Source of the DNA: Felis catus
Taxonomy: Eukaryota
Length of the DNA stretch: 64,000 bases
Direction of reading: 5' to 3'
Assembly (NCBI RefSeq): GCF_018350175.1
Contig: NC_058368.1
Span: 85,376,001 to 85,440,000, forward strand
Each line of letters begins with the position of its first letter. The first letter of the stretch is position 1. Positions 51,114 through 62,157 of this stretch are shown piece after piece. A program made the position numbers and the translations under genes. The notes under the pieces were generated by a model that was not told the DNA's origin, did not search any database, and saw nothing but the letters and a program-made list of their open reading frames with translations.

Positions 51114-52684
51114 ACAAACTTAGAAAAAAAGGACATGTTAAACTAATTAGGCTTATTTGATAAGTTAAATTATGTGGGAAGTATTGTCAAATAAGAAGTA
51201 ATAATAAGCTGTTTTTATAGGGCATCTGGGTGGCTCAGTTGGTTGAGCATCCGACCTCAGCTCAGGTCATGATCTCACAGTCTGTGAGTTCCAGCCCCGC
51301 GTTGGGCTCTGGGCTGACACCTCGGAGCCTGGAGCCTGCTTCAGATTCTGTGTCTCCCTCTCTCTCTGCCCCTTCCCTACTCATGCTCTGTCTCTCTCTG
51401 TCTCAAAAATAAATAAAAACATTAAAAAAATTTTTTTAAAAAGACTAAAAAAAGACTAAAAAAAAGAATAAGCTGTTTTTATGTAGTACTTGTATAACTA
51501 TGTTATGAGTTTTATAAATAGTATGAAACTCCTGAAGTTTGATATGTCCTTGTATAATGTTATCAGTAAGAAGTCCAGTTGTTATATTAAAACGTGGCAT
51601 GTTGCAGATATAATAAAATTTCCTTGTCAATTTCATTATAAAGAACTCTCACTAGATCTTTAACAATGGACATGTAAAAAGTCTTTTTAAATTGACAGTT
51701 GTTGTTTTACTCTGATACTTTGCAAAAGTGTTCATGTGAAAGTGCTCCATATTCAAGAAGATTCAAGGAAAAGACTTTTGACAAGTACAGGCTCTCATAA
51801 CTTTAAGATCATAAAACTGAACTGAGTAAGAATTACCAAAACTTATAGCAATATTTGATTAAAGTAGAATAAGAATTAACAGCATGGGACTGAATGAACT
51901 GAGGGAAACATAATTTTTATGACTTCTTGTTTGAAACATTGTTGGTTCTTTAATGCTTTGCTTTTCCAGTATTAAGGAACCTATTAGCTTCAGCTATCTA
52001 TGACTTACAACAACACGGTAAAGTACACATTTGTAGACAAAGGTGACGCATTTACTTTTTCCCCTAACTGCCCCAAATAGATTTCAGAAAACTCTTTATA
52101 GTAGTCTCTTCCTGGCAGTACTGTAAGCTATTTTTATAAGTTCAATGAGAACCTCTTTTCCTTGTAGTAGGACACATTTGGAATTATCAGCTATATTGTC
52201 AAGGATTTTATTAGTTTGTCACATTTGAGAGAGATGTTCATATGACTGGACAGGTTTCAGAAGTTAAGGTTGATTCTATGAAACCAATAAAGCCCCTCAG
52301 AAAATTTTCCAGCAAAACAGTCTTAAATTTCCAGCAAAACAGTCTTAAAAGTAGCTTCAAAAAGAGTAAAATCACTATTCCTGCTGCATCTGTCATTAAT
52401 CAGGCCAAGTTTGATTAAAAAAAATATTTTTTTACTATGACTATCTTTTAAAAATGGGGGGGATGGTAGAAAGAAAAATATATTTGTACCTTTGAAAATA
52501 TTAGATTCTAATCTTGTTACTTGTTTCTGAGGTTTTGTTACATACCTGTAAACTGGGATGTATCCTGAATTCTCCTAGTTTCATCAAATATCTGGCTATA
52601 TTTCTCCAAACTAACCTTTCCAGTTTCATCTAACTGTTCTGATTTGAAATCACTAAGAACAAAGACTGCCATTGTATCTCCTTG

Positions 52685-53800
52685 AAAGGGACTCTACAAA
52701 GTCCTCTTCACTACTTGGATGACAGCCAAACTTCAGGGCCTTGAACCCAAGATATACTTCTCACAGCTGTAGAAGACATTGTGTGACATTAGGCCCTATT
52801 TCACTACTGCAGACCTCCAAATCAAATAGACTAGGAAGAGATGTAGTTGACATCAAGGCAGGCTGCTTCCTCCTGAGACAGTGTATCAAAACTTCATGCT
52901 TTAAATAAACATAAAATCCTATTTCTCTCTTCTTTCCTTTACTCAGGCATTGGCCTGGAAAGAGAATGCCATAATCTTCCAGGCCATTGTTAATGGGAAT
53001 AAATTTTCAGACTGTTGGATTTGTCAACAAAACAAAACAAAACAAAACAACCCTCTGATCTGTTTATGGTGCTAGAGACCCCCTGGGCCCTTTCCTTGCC
53101 TCTGGTTAAGAATCCCAAACTTGGGGAATCTTATGTCTAGACTCTGTTCCAAGAAAGGGACACAAGTCAAGGGTATCCAGAATAAAACTACTTGTGTCCT
53201 GAGTGACAGATTCCAATGAGAACTTAAGGAGGCATTCATGATTCAGATTCACTTCCTTTAACAGGGTCATATTTCCCGGTTTAGGAGTAAATGTAAATGA
53301 GGCTATAATCAGGAACCTCTCCTTAATTCTTTAAAGTATTTTGGAATTTTTTTGCTAAGACAATATCTGCCCAAGAAAGAATCTTAGATTCTCTGTCCAA
53401 AGTTATTTTTGATAATAGGATAGCCCTTGATAATCTTTTAGTTGAACAAGGTGTCTGTGCTGTGAAAAATACCACCTGCTGTAATTGGATTAAAACTTCT
53501 GGGGAAGTTGAAATTCAACTAAGTAAAATCACTGAGCAAGCCACTTGGCTTAAAGAGGTAACTCCAGTAGGTTTTATCTGAATTATTTGATTTGTATTGA
53601 CTTGGATCTTAGAGACCATGGCTCCAAAGTGTGCTCCAAATATTGGAAACGATCCTACTTATAATCACCATAGTAATCTCCATGGTTTGTTTTATCCTCT
53701 CAAAAACCTTAGACACATGTTTGAAGCTGTTAGCCACCAACAAATTATCTCCCTAAGACTGGACTGCCAGAACAGGAATGAAGAAAATGAGTACTAAAAA
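52685..53800 (+). mobile_element. Decayed class I ERV: integrase C-terminus plus internally deleted env
   Basis: GLYKVLFTT..AKLQGLEP (GPY/F-like) at about 52688-52770. CWIC (SU CXXC) at 53013-53024. Stop-free TM segment at 53354-53578 with ISD-like DNRIALDNLLVEQG and CX6CC (CAVKNTTCC). Confidence 0.8.
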
Positions 53801-53993
53801 AAAAAAAAAAAGAAAAAAAAATGTTTACCTGAAACCATGACCCATGAATATCACAGAGATTAAACAAAAATGTCATGGCCTATGGATACTACAGAAAATC
53901 AACTAAAGCAGTAAGCAGTAGCTGAGGATAGTGCTAAGGCCTTAAATCTGATCACACTGTCAGACAAACAGAGTTTGATCAACAGTGGGGAGA

Positions 53994-54210
53994 TGGTTAA
54001 AACAAAACAGCAGACCCAAAATAGAGTCACTTATACTAAGTCCACAAGAGTGAAACAGGCTCAATCCCAGTTTCCACCTTCCCCAGGAATACAGACTTAA
54101 CTGGTCAGTCTGGAATTTTCTGTTGGTACCAGTAAGGTAATCTGCCACATGGACCCTTCCCATCCTCCCATAGGTAGATGAGGTAGTCCACTCTTTCCTG
54201 ATAACTTCCC
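53994..54210 (+). mobile_element. Probable 3' LTR fragment of the class I ERV
   Basis: Follows the env remnant and a purine-rich tract (AACAGTGGGGAGA). Contains the LTR-typical CCCAAAATAGAGTCACTTAT. Confidence 0.5.
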
Positions 54211-55384
54211 CTTAGGCTTTTCCTTCTACTTTTCTAGGTTTTTGTTTGCTCTAATAATCAGGTAACATAAGACAGATTAATAAGAGAAAAAAAAAAACCA
54301 AAACATTAGTGACATGTGTGTAGAGGTCCCCTAAAAATGTGAGACCCAAGGACAAATCAGGCAATTGAGGCTGATATGCCCTCCTGAACTAAGGAATGGG
54401 ATGGCTCCTAGGGAGGAAAAGTGATTCACAGGACAGAAAGAAGAGCAGATGTTTGGGGCACCTGGGAGGCTCAGTTGGTTGAGCATCCAACTTTGTCTTA
54501 GGTCATGATCTCACTGTTAGTTGGTTTAAGCCCTGCATCAGTCTTGGCACTGACAATGTGGAGCATGCTTTGAATTCTTTCTGTCTCTCCCTCACTCATG
54601 CTCTGTCTCTCTCTGTCTCTTTCTGTCTCTGTCTCTCAACAATAAATAAACATTAAAAAAAAAAAAGAAGCTTAGTAACTAGATGTTTTCTGTGCCAGAT
54701 AGGTAGGTCATTCAGATAAAATTATCTCTGCTAATTTCTGAACCAGGTCCCCTATCTAAATTCATTTATTAGTTAAGGAAGGATCAAAAATAACTACAAT
54801 AGCTGATATTTTTCTAAACTCCCAAAATTAATTTTTCTCCTTTGGCGATGATATTGCCAATAATATCTGATCTGGCAGAAATTACGCATCCACCACATAA
54901 GGAAAATTCCCATAATCTTTTAGAAAATTTATAGTACAGAAATTTAATGTCCCTAAGAGACCAAATCTTGTATTATGGAATATTTTCAAAGGGAAACATA
55001 ATCACAGCAGGCACTCTACTGCTGACAGTCTACAAAATTATGAAGTCAAATTTGATGATAAAAGTCCTTTTACCTCTGATTTTTGTTTCACTTTCTTACC
55101 TTTGCACACGTGTTGGTATCATTCCCACTGAAGGTTTTTACTGACTCTACCCCTACCCCAGTCATAGGAAGAACTCTCTAATGTTCTACTAAATCCCAAT
55201 TAATCTCATATGGAATATTTTACATAAAAGTATTAACAACATTTTCTATCTAAAAACACATTATTTACATATCTATTTAATCTGTGACTTATGTTTTTTT
55301 GTTTTTTGTTTTTTTTTTTTTACATATTACACACACATACACACACACATACACACACTTAGGTAAAATGTATACACATAATAT

Positions 55385-55819
55385 TGCAGGGGCAATAGGT
55401 GGGCTACCCAAGATGGGCCATCTGGCATGAACATTATTTGAGTTAAAAGCAACCAAAACCCACTAGATTCTGAAAAAGCTCTTTTTTCCCCCTTCAACTA
55501 ACTGTCTATACCAGAAAGAGAACTATTAATGGAGATTCCTCTTTAACTAAAGTATTTATCTACATAATAGGACAACATTTGCTTTCTAAACATCTCCTTT
55601 CACCTTCCTACTAATGTTTTTTCTCCCCTTTGTATTCTCAGACTCCCATCCTTCTTAGCTCATGAGCATCATGTTACCTCACTGCCTTTGAAATTTCTAT
55701 GTCTGTGTGGATTCCCTTATGAACACTATTAGGTTGATTTTCTCCTGTTAATCTTCCTCAAGTCCATTTGATTCTTAGGCTAGAACTGTAAAGGGTATGG
55801 GAATTATTGGTCCCTGACA
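55385..55819 (+). mobile_element. MER34-like class I solo LTR
   Basis: TG...CA termini with 4-bp TSD ATAT (55381-55384 and 55820-55823). MER34-like start ...CCCAAGATGGGCCATCTGGCATG...TTATTTGAGTTAAAAGCA. Confidence 0.7.
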
Positions 55820-58489
55820 ATATTTATACACACACTTGTGTGTATATCTGTCTTTGCATATACATGGTGTGTGTGTATGTGTGTGTGTGCGTGTGTGTGT
55901 GTGTTTGTGTGTGTGTTTGTACACATGCACTTAAGATAAAGGAGTTGCTCAGGAAGTTTGTTACAAGTAATGTATATATAATCTACACTCATTGGGTAGC
56001 ATTAGTGGAGAAAAAAATAATTATTCATTATGCTTCATATGATTTTGGGGGGGATTTTAATGTCCATCAAAACAAAAAATATGGCCTACCTTTTGGCTTA
56101 TTTTTTTAAACATATTTTGTACTCAATAGCCATAAAACTTATGGATCAACTGGCTCAGTATATATTGACATCAAATTTTCCACTACATTTGGACTTATTT
56201 AAATTCTTCCTTTATCATAGCTTTTTTTTCTAGTTTGAAAAAGTAAAGTTCTTTGTTATTCTGTATCCCAAGCATTTGATTACTGTAAGCTCTTCCTTCT
56301 CAATTTCATCCATCCTTTTTATTTATTTCAAATACTGCTTGATGAAAATTCCCTTTCAAAACATTGAGTTATTACAACTGGGCTATTGTAGCTATAACCT
56401 TGTCTTTGGCACTGATGTTTGTAGCTTTGCTCTTTTGTTATGATCAGTGTCAAATATGTCATATCCACAAAAGACACAGGCATTTGAAGAAGTAAAATGG
56501 GACATGAACTAGGAAATTGCACTTTGTTGTGTTTTGTCCCACCCACACCATCCTGCCAAAAGGGGTGTCATAATCACTGGATTGATTCTCATCTATGAGA
56601 CCAACCAACAGTCTTTATTTCCATTGAAGGTATTACCAAGGGGAACCACAACTGCATCTTCCTTCCACTGATGCACTCATCAGTTAAGCAATCTGTTGAG
56701 GACCTACTCTTTCAGAGATTAGGGTTATGAAGCCCCCTTGACTTTCTTAATTAGCATGGTGATCTTTAATAGGTGTTCTTAAGTTTATATGATTAATTTA
56801 CTAACCTTCCTTGTGTATCTATAAATCTTACTTTCCTTTCTAGAAGGAGAATAGAAAGCCCCCATGTTCCAGGAATTCCAGAACATGAATTAGACATCTT
56901 GCACAACACTCAAGCAAGCACTGAAAGCTGTGAACAGCCACTACCAAATCTACACACGATTAGGAACTTTTACAAATCACTGTACACTCTCATTGATTAA
57001 CTACCCCCATTCCTTTAAAGTCCTCTTGGTTAGACCCAAACTACCAATTTGGTTTTGGGACAAAAGTCCACCTCTCCCCAGGTAGATGGCCCCCTGAATA
57101 TGGCTCATATTCTTTTTCAATCAACCTTTATCTCTTGAGTATTGACCTTTGAGTGATGGGCAGACAAACTTGGGATTCTTCAACAGTTATAGAAGCAAAT
57201 ATGACTGCTAAATTCCTTGCTATTGGGTAAGATTGAAAACACACACAAATGTATAGATATACAATATAAAAAGAAAGATATAAAACTATTAGATGAAAAA
57301 ATCATAGGTGATACATTTGGGGCCAGGTATCTCTGTACAGGTTACAAACTTTGAGGGGGTGCAATTTTCTTTTAAGTGAGTTCTGTGCCCAATGTAGGCT
57401 TGACTCATGATGCCAAGATCAAGAGCCACATGCACTAGTGGCTAAGCCAGTTGGGTACCCTAAGGTTGCAAACCTTGAGTAATTTTTAAAAAAATTTTTA
57501 ATGTTTATTTATTTTTGAGAGACAGAGCCAAGCAGGGTTGGGGCAGAGAGAGAGGGGGACACAGAATACAAAGCAGGCTTCAGGCTCTGAGCTGTCAGCA
57601 CAGAGCCCAACACAGGGCTTGAACCTATGAACTGTGAGATCATGACCTGAGCTGAAGACAGATGCTTAACTGACTGAGCCATACGGGCACCCCATTGAGT
57701 AGTTTTTTTTAACATGTTGAGTCAGAGTGCCTTTTGGAAACTTTCATTTGTATAAAACCATCTGAACCTCTATGTAGAGTCTATGCCAGCTATTTATTTT
57801 TGAACTGTTTTTTACAATATTGGTTAAAACCATCTAGGAAATAAAGCCAAAGGAATAATTATAGGAAGAGTGAATACTGATATACTCAGCTGAGGCAGAA
57901 GACTTAGTGAGGGGCAAAAAAAAAGAGGTGACTGAAAAGGAGGTACAGATGGGGTGCCTTAATGGCTCAGTCAAGCACCAGCTCAGGTCATAATCTCGCG
58001 TTTTGAGATCAAACCTTGTATCGGGTTCCACACTGAACATGGAACCTGTTTGAGATTCTCTCTCTTTTTGCCTCTCCCCTGCTTGTTCTTGTGTGTGAGC
58101 TGTCTCTCTCCCTCTCAAAAAATAAAAAAATAAAAAAAGTAAAATAAAAATAAAAAAAGGAGGTACAGAACAAGCTTATGTGACAGAAGAAAATTTCCAA
58201 AAGGAAGCAGCATCGACATGTCCAGTATGCCAGGGACTCAGTAAAGGAAGCTGCAAAATTCCCAGTGAATCATTTGTGACAATCACAAAGACATCGTAAC
58301 CTTCAATCAAAGCAGTGTTAAGAAAGTTTAAAGAGAATAAGCCAGATTTCTATGTGCTGTAGACTTAAAAGGCGACAAGACTCTTCTTTTGTAAGAGAAG
58401 AAAATAAAGTTATAATTGAGTCCAGAGTTAGAAATGGAAGAAATGAGCTCTGTGCTAATTGATTTGTTTTTCTTTAAAAAGTATTAGTA

Positions 58490-58705
58490 GGTGCGCCTGG
58501 GTGGCTCAGTCGGTTAAGCGTCCGACTTCAGCTCAGGTCATGATCTCAGGGTCTGTGAGTTCGGGCCCTGCGTCAGGCTCTGTGCTGACAGCTCAGAGCC
58601 TGGAGCCTATTTCAGATTCTGTGTCTCCCTCTCTCTCTGCCCCTCCCCTGTTCATGCTCTGTCTCTCTGTCTCAAAAATAAATAAACGTTAAAAAATAAA
58701 ATGAA
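58490..58705 (+). mobile_element. CAN-SINE (fairly young)
   Basis: GCGCCTGGGTGGCTCAGTCGGTTAAGCGTCCGACTTC head. TSD AAAAAGT(A/G)TTAGTAG. Confidence 0.9.
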
Positions 58706-59009
58706 AAAAAAGTGTTAGTAGATGATGTTAAGGTTGAAAGTAGTCTGAGAGTGTGATTAAAAGTGGAGAGATAATGTGGCCAGTAGCATGTCATAGCAAG
58801 AGAAGTAGTGATAGATATGACTTAATACACATTTTAATTCAAGTAATAAATAAACAAAAATAAATTAATTGTAAAAGAGAAAAACTACTGGATGTAATTA
58901 TCAATAAAAACAAAGTTCTTACTAATGAGAAAGAAAATTAAATCTTTCCAATGTGTAAACTCCAAGAAATCTCCAGGGGCTAGCAGGCATTAAGTTCTAA
59001 TAAAATATT

Positions 59010-59049
<40 letters not shown>

Positions 59050-59388
59050 GAAAGACAGAGACAGAGACAGACAGAGAGAGGAAGTATGTGAGCAAGGGAG
59101 AGGGGCAGAGAGAGGAAGAGAGAGAATCACAGGCTCCATACTGTCAGCACAGAGCCCAATGCAGGATTCGATCTCATGAATCAGTGAGATCATGACCTGA
59201 GCCAAAATCAAGAGTTGGACACTTAACCAACTGAGCCATCCTGGTGCACCCTTGCCCTTCCTGGTGAAATATTTTTAAATAAATGAAGTATTAACAGAAT
59301 AAGTGAATGCAGAGTAAGTGACACTAGAGTTGTTTAATTACTGATGTAAAGGATGTAGGAGATAGGAAAGGAATGAATATGAAGGAGG

Positions 59389-59392
59389 AAAG

Positions 59393-59463
<71 letters not shown>

Positions 59464-59486
59464 AAAGAAAGAAAAAAGAAAGAAAA
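59389..59486. repeat. (GAAA)n tetranucleotide microsatellite
   Basis: Long perfect GAAA array. Confidence 0.95.
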
Positions 59487-59497
59487 GGGAACAGATA

Positions 59498-59572
59498 AAT
59501 CTATTTGAAGGAATAACAGCTGAAAACTTTCCTAATCTGGGCAGGGAAACATGTAGCCAGATCCAGGAGGCA
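59498..59572 (+). mobile_element. LINE-1 ORF1 fragment
   Basis: Translates LFEGITAENFPNLGRE..SQIQEA, the conserved L1 ORF1p motif. Confidence 0.75.
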
Positions 59573-59683
59573 GTTCTTTTAGGAGACAGAAGAGAAAGGA
59601 GAACAGATGGGAAAATCAGCCTTCTGTAGAATGAGGAACATTTCCTGCTGTGTGGTTACAGAAAGAAGGAGAGAAGGTAGCCC

Positions 59684-62150
59684 TTAGCTTATTGATGAGC
59701 CCATATGGATACAGCAGTGGCTGCTTTCTAAAGAAAAACTGGCAGCTTTAAAATCTTTTGTTTCTGAATAATTAGAAGTGGGACATATTGGACCTTTAGC
59801 TAGTCCCTGGAATTCTCCAGTTTTTGTTATAAAAAAGAAATCTGGAAAATGGAGAATGCCGAGTGATCTCCGAGCCATAAATAAAAACATACAACCTATG
59901 AGGGCTCTACAGCCTGGCCTTCCGACACCTGCTGCTATCCCTCGAGATTGAAAAGTTATAATTATTGATCTTAAGGACTGGTTTTTCTCCATTTCCTTAA
60001 ATCTTAAAGATTCAAAGATATTTGTGTTCTCCGTTCCTGTAATTAATCATGAGGAGCCCATAAACATATTTCAATGGAAAATTTTGTCTCAACGAATGTT
60101 AAATAGTCGTACTCTTTGTCAGCTTTTTGTTGCAGAACCTTTCCGATATTTATGATCTCAGTTTCCTCATGCTAAGATCATCCATTACATGGATGGCATC
60201 CTATTAGCTTTACCCGAACGACATGATTTACATGCACTGTTTTTAGCAGCTCAGACAACCCTCTCAGAATATGGCCTTATTATAGCAGAAGACAAAATTC
60301 AACTTGATGATTCCTTATTATATTTGGGTCAAAAATTAATACAAAATTCAACAATGCCTCAAATGTTTAAATTAATAAAGATACCTTGCATACTTTAAAT
60401 GATTTCCAGAAGTTATTAGGAGACATTAACTGGCTAAGTCCTACTCTAGGTATACCTACTTATCAACTGACTCATCTTTTTGATATACTTAAAGGGGATT
60501 CCAATTTAAATAGCCCTAGAAAAGTAACTCTGGAAGCATCCCAAGAATTACAATGGACTGAACAAAAAATCGCTTCCAGTCAGCTTACTCTAATTAGCCC
60601 CTTGCTACCTGTTTCCTTATTAATTTTACTGTCACCTCATTCTCTTACAGGAGTATTTTGGCAGGCTAATGGAATCATAGAATGGATATTTCTTTCCAGC
60701 AAAGCCTTTAAAAAATTAGCTACATATTTAGACAAAATAGGAATGTTAATTTTTAAGAGTCAGGAAAGACTTAAGGAAATAACAACACAAGACCCTGAGA
60801 CGATTATCGTACCTCTGTGTCATGCACAAATATCCAAGGCATATCGGCAATGCATTTCATAGCAACTTGGAGTTGCAGATTATATAGGTCACATAGACAA
60901 CCATTATCCCAAATCCAGATTAATTGAATTTATTAAAACCACCTCCTTTATCATGTCTCGAATTGTACAATCAGTACCTGCAAATGGACCTAATTATTTT
61001 ACAGACGCCAACAAATCCAGTTATTCTGCATATTATGGTCCTACTTCTACATGTATAAAATCCCCACAAGCCTCAATACAAAAGGCTGAACTCTTTGCCA
61101 TATTTCTATTGCTTAAGGATGTTCCCTCCTCCATCAATATCTTAATGGATTCAGCCTATTCTAAACAAGTGATTGAAAATTTGGAAACCATTAATATTTA
61201 TTCAGATGTCAGAATTGTCCGAATTGTCTGACTTATTTTTTCAGGTCCAACATTGTCTCTAACATCGATCCCATCCTGTATATATTGCTCACATACAATC
61301 TCATTCTGGCCTCCCTGGACCTTTGGCAGAAGGAAACGTTACAGCGGATTCCTTACTGGCAGCTCCTGTTATTACAGCACAAGATTTTCACAATCTGACT
61401 CATCTTAATGTTAAAGGCTTAAGTAAACACTTTTCTATTTCCCTAAAACAAGCTAGAGAAATTATCACACAATGCCCCACTTGTGGGCCTATTGTCATCC
61501 CTCCATATTCTCAGGGGGTTAATCCCAGAGGTCAATAACCTAATGATTTACGTCAAATGGATGTTACTCATGTTCTCCAATTTAGTCGCCTTGCATATGT
61601 ACATGTATCAATAGATACATATTCTTGTTTTATAAGGGCTACACCTTTGTCAGGAGAAAAAAATGGCCTACGTTATTTAACACCTTTTAGAAGCATTTGC
61701 CACGATGGGACTCCCCTGGAATCTTAAAACTGACAATGGTCTGGCTTATACTTCTCACACTTTTCTTATATTTTGCCAAAAATGGGGCATTCATCATACT
61801 ACAGGCGTTCCTTATAATCCACAAGGTCAAGCTATTATTGAACGTGCTAATTGTACATTAGAAACCATGCTACAAAAACAAAAACAGGGGGCTATGGCCT
61901 TTAATCCAAAGAATCAATTAATGAAAGCATTATTTACAATTCACTTTTTGGATTTAAGAGGTAAACGAGCTCACCGCAGCTGAAAAATATCACACAGTCT
62001 CTAAAACCAGACCCCTTTCACAACCAATATTTTGGAAAAAACGATAATAACCAATGGTACCCTAGGTATGTTAAATCGTGGGGTCGAGGATTTGCTCTTA
62101 TATGCACAGATAACGGGGATATTTGGCTCCCAGCTCGATGATTAAAACCA
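59684..62150 (+). mobile_element. pol: Class II (betaretrovirus, ERVK-like) ERV pol remnant: RT, RNase H, integrase; disrupted
   Basis: Motifs [40 protein letters not shown] (degenerate YMDD), TLNDFQKLLGDINW, YFTDAN/KAELFAI, zinc finger H..TH...C..C, QMDVTH, LKTDNG, GVPYNPQGQAIIERAN. Several stops and frameshifts. No gag, pro or 5' LTR upstream. Confidence 0.93.
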
Positions 62151-62157
62151 ACACAAT

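Larger units (their letters stand above)
47300..52680 (+). mobile_element. AT-rich non-coding internal region, probably of the same class I (MER4/MER34-group-like) ERV, with nested SINEs and microsatellites
   Basis: Long AT-rich segment contiguous with the pol/env remnant, which is the layout of non-autonomous MER4-group elements. Boundaries and family are inferred. Confidence 0.45.

Noticed and set aside
52307..52350. Short direct duplications (TTTCCAGCAAAACAGTCTTAAA x2; also about 21379-21420 and 6265-6300)
   Set aside because: These are ordinary slippage duplications with two copies only. They are not CRISPR-like arrays, and the DNA is eukaryotic.
59575..59686. Acceptor-like TTCTTTTAG followed by ATGGGAAAATCA, considered as a gag start or truncated OR start
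   Set aside because: It gives only a short ORF with no gag or OR motifs.
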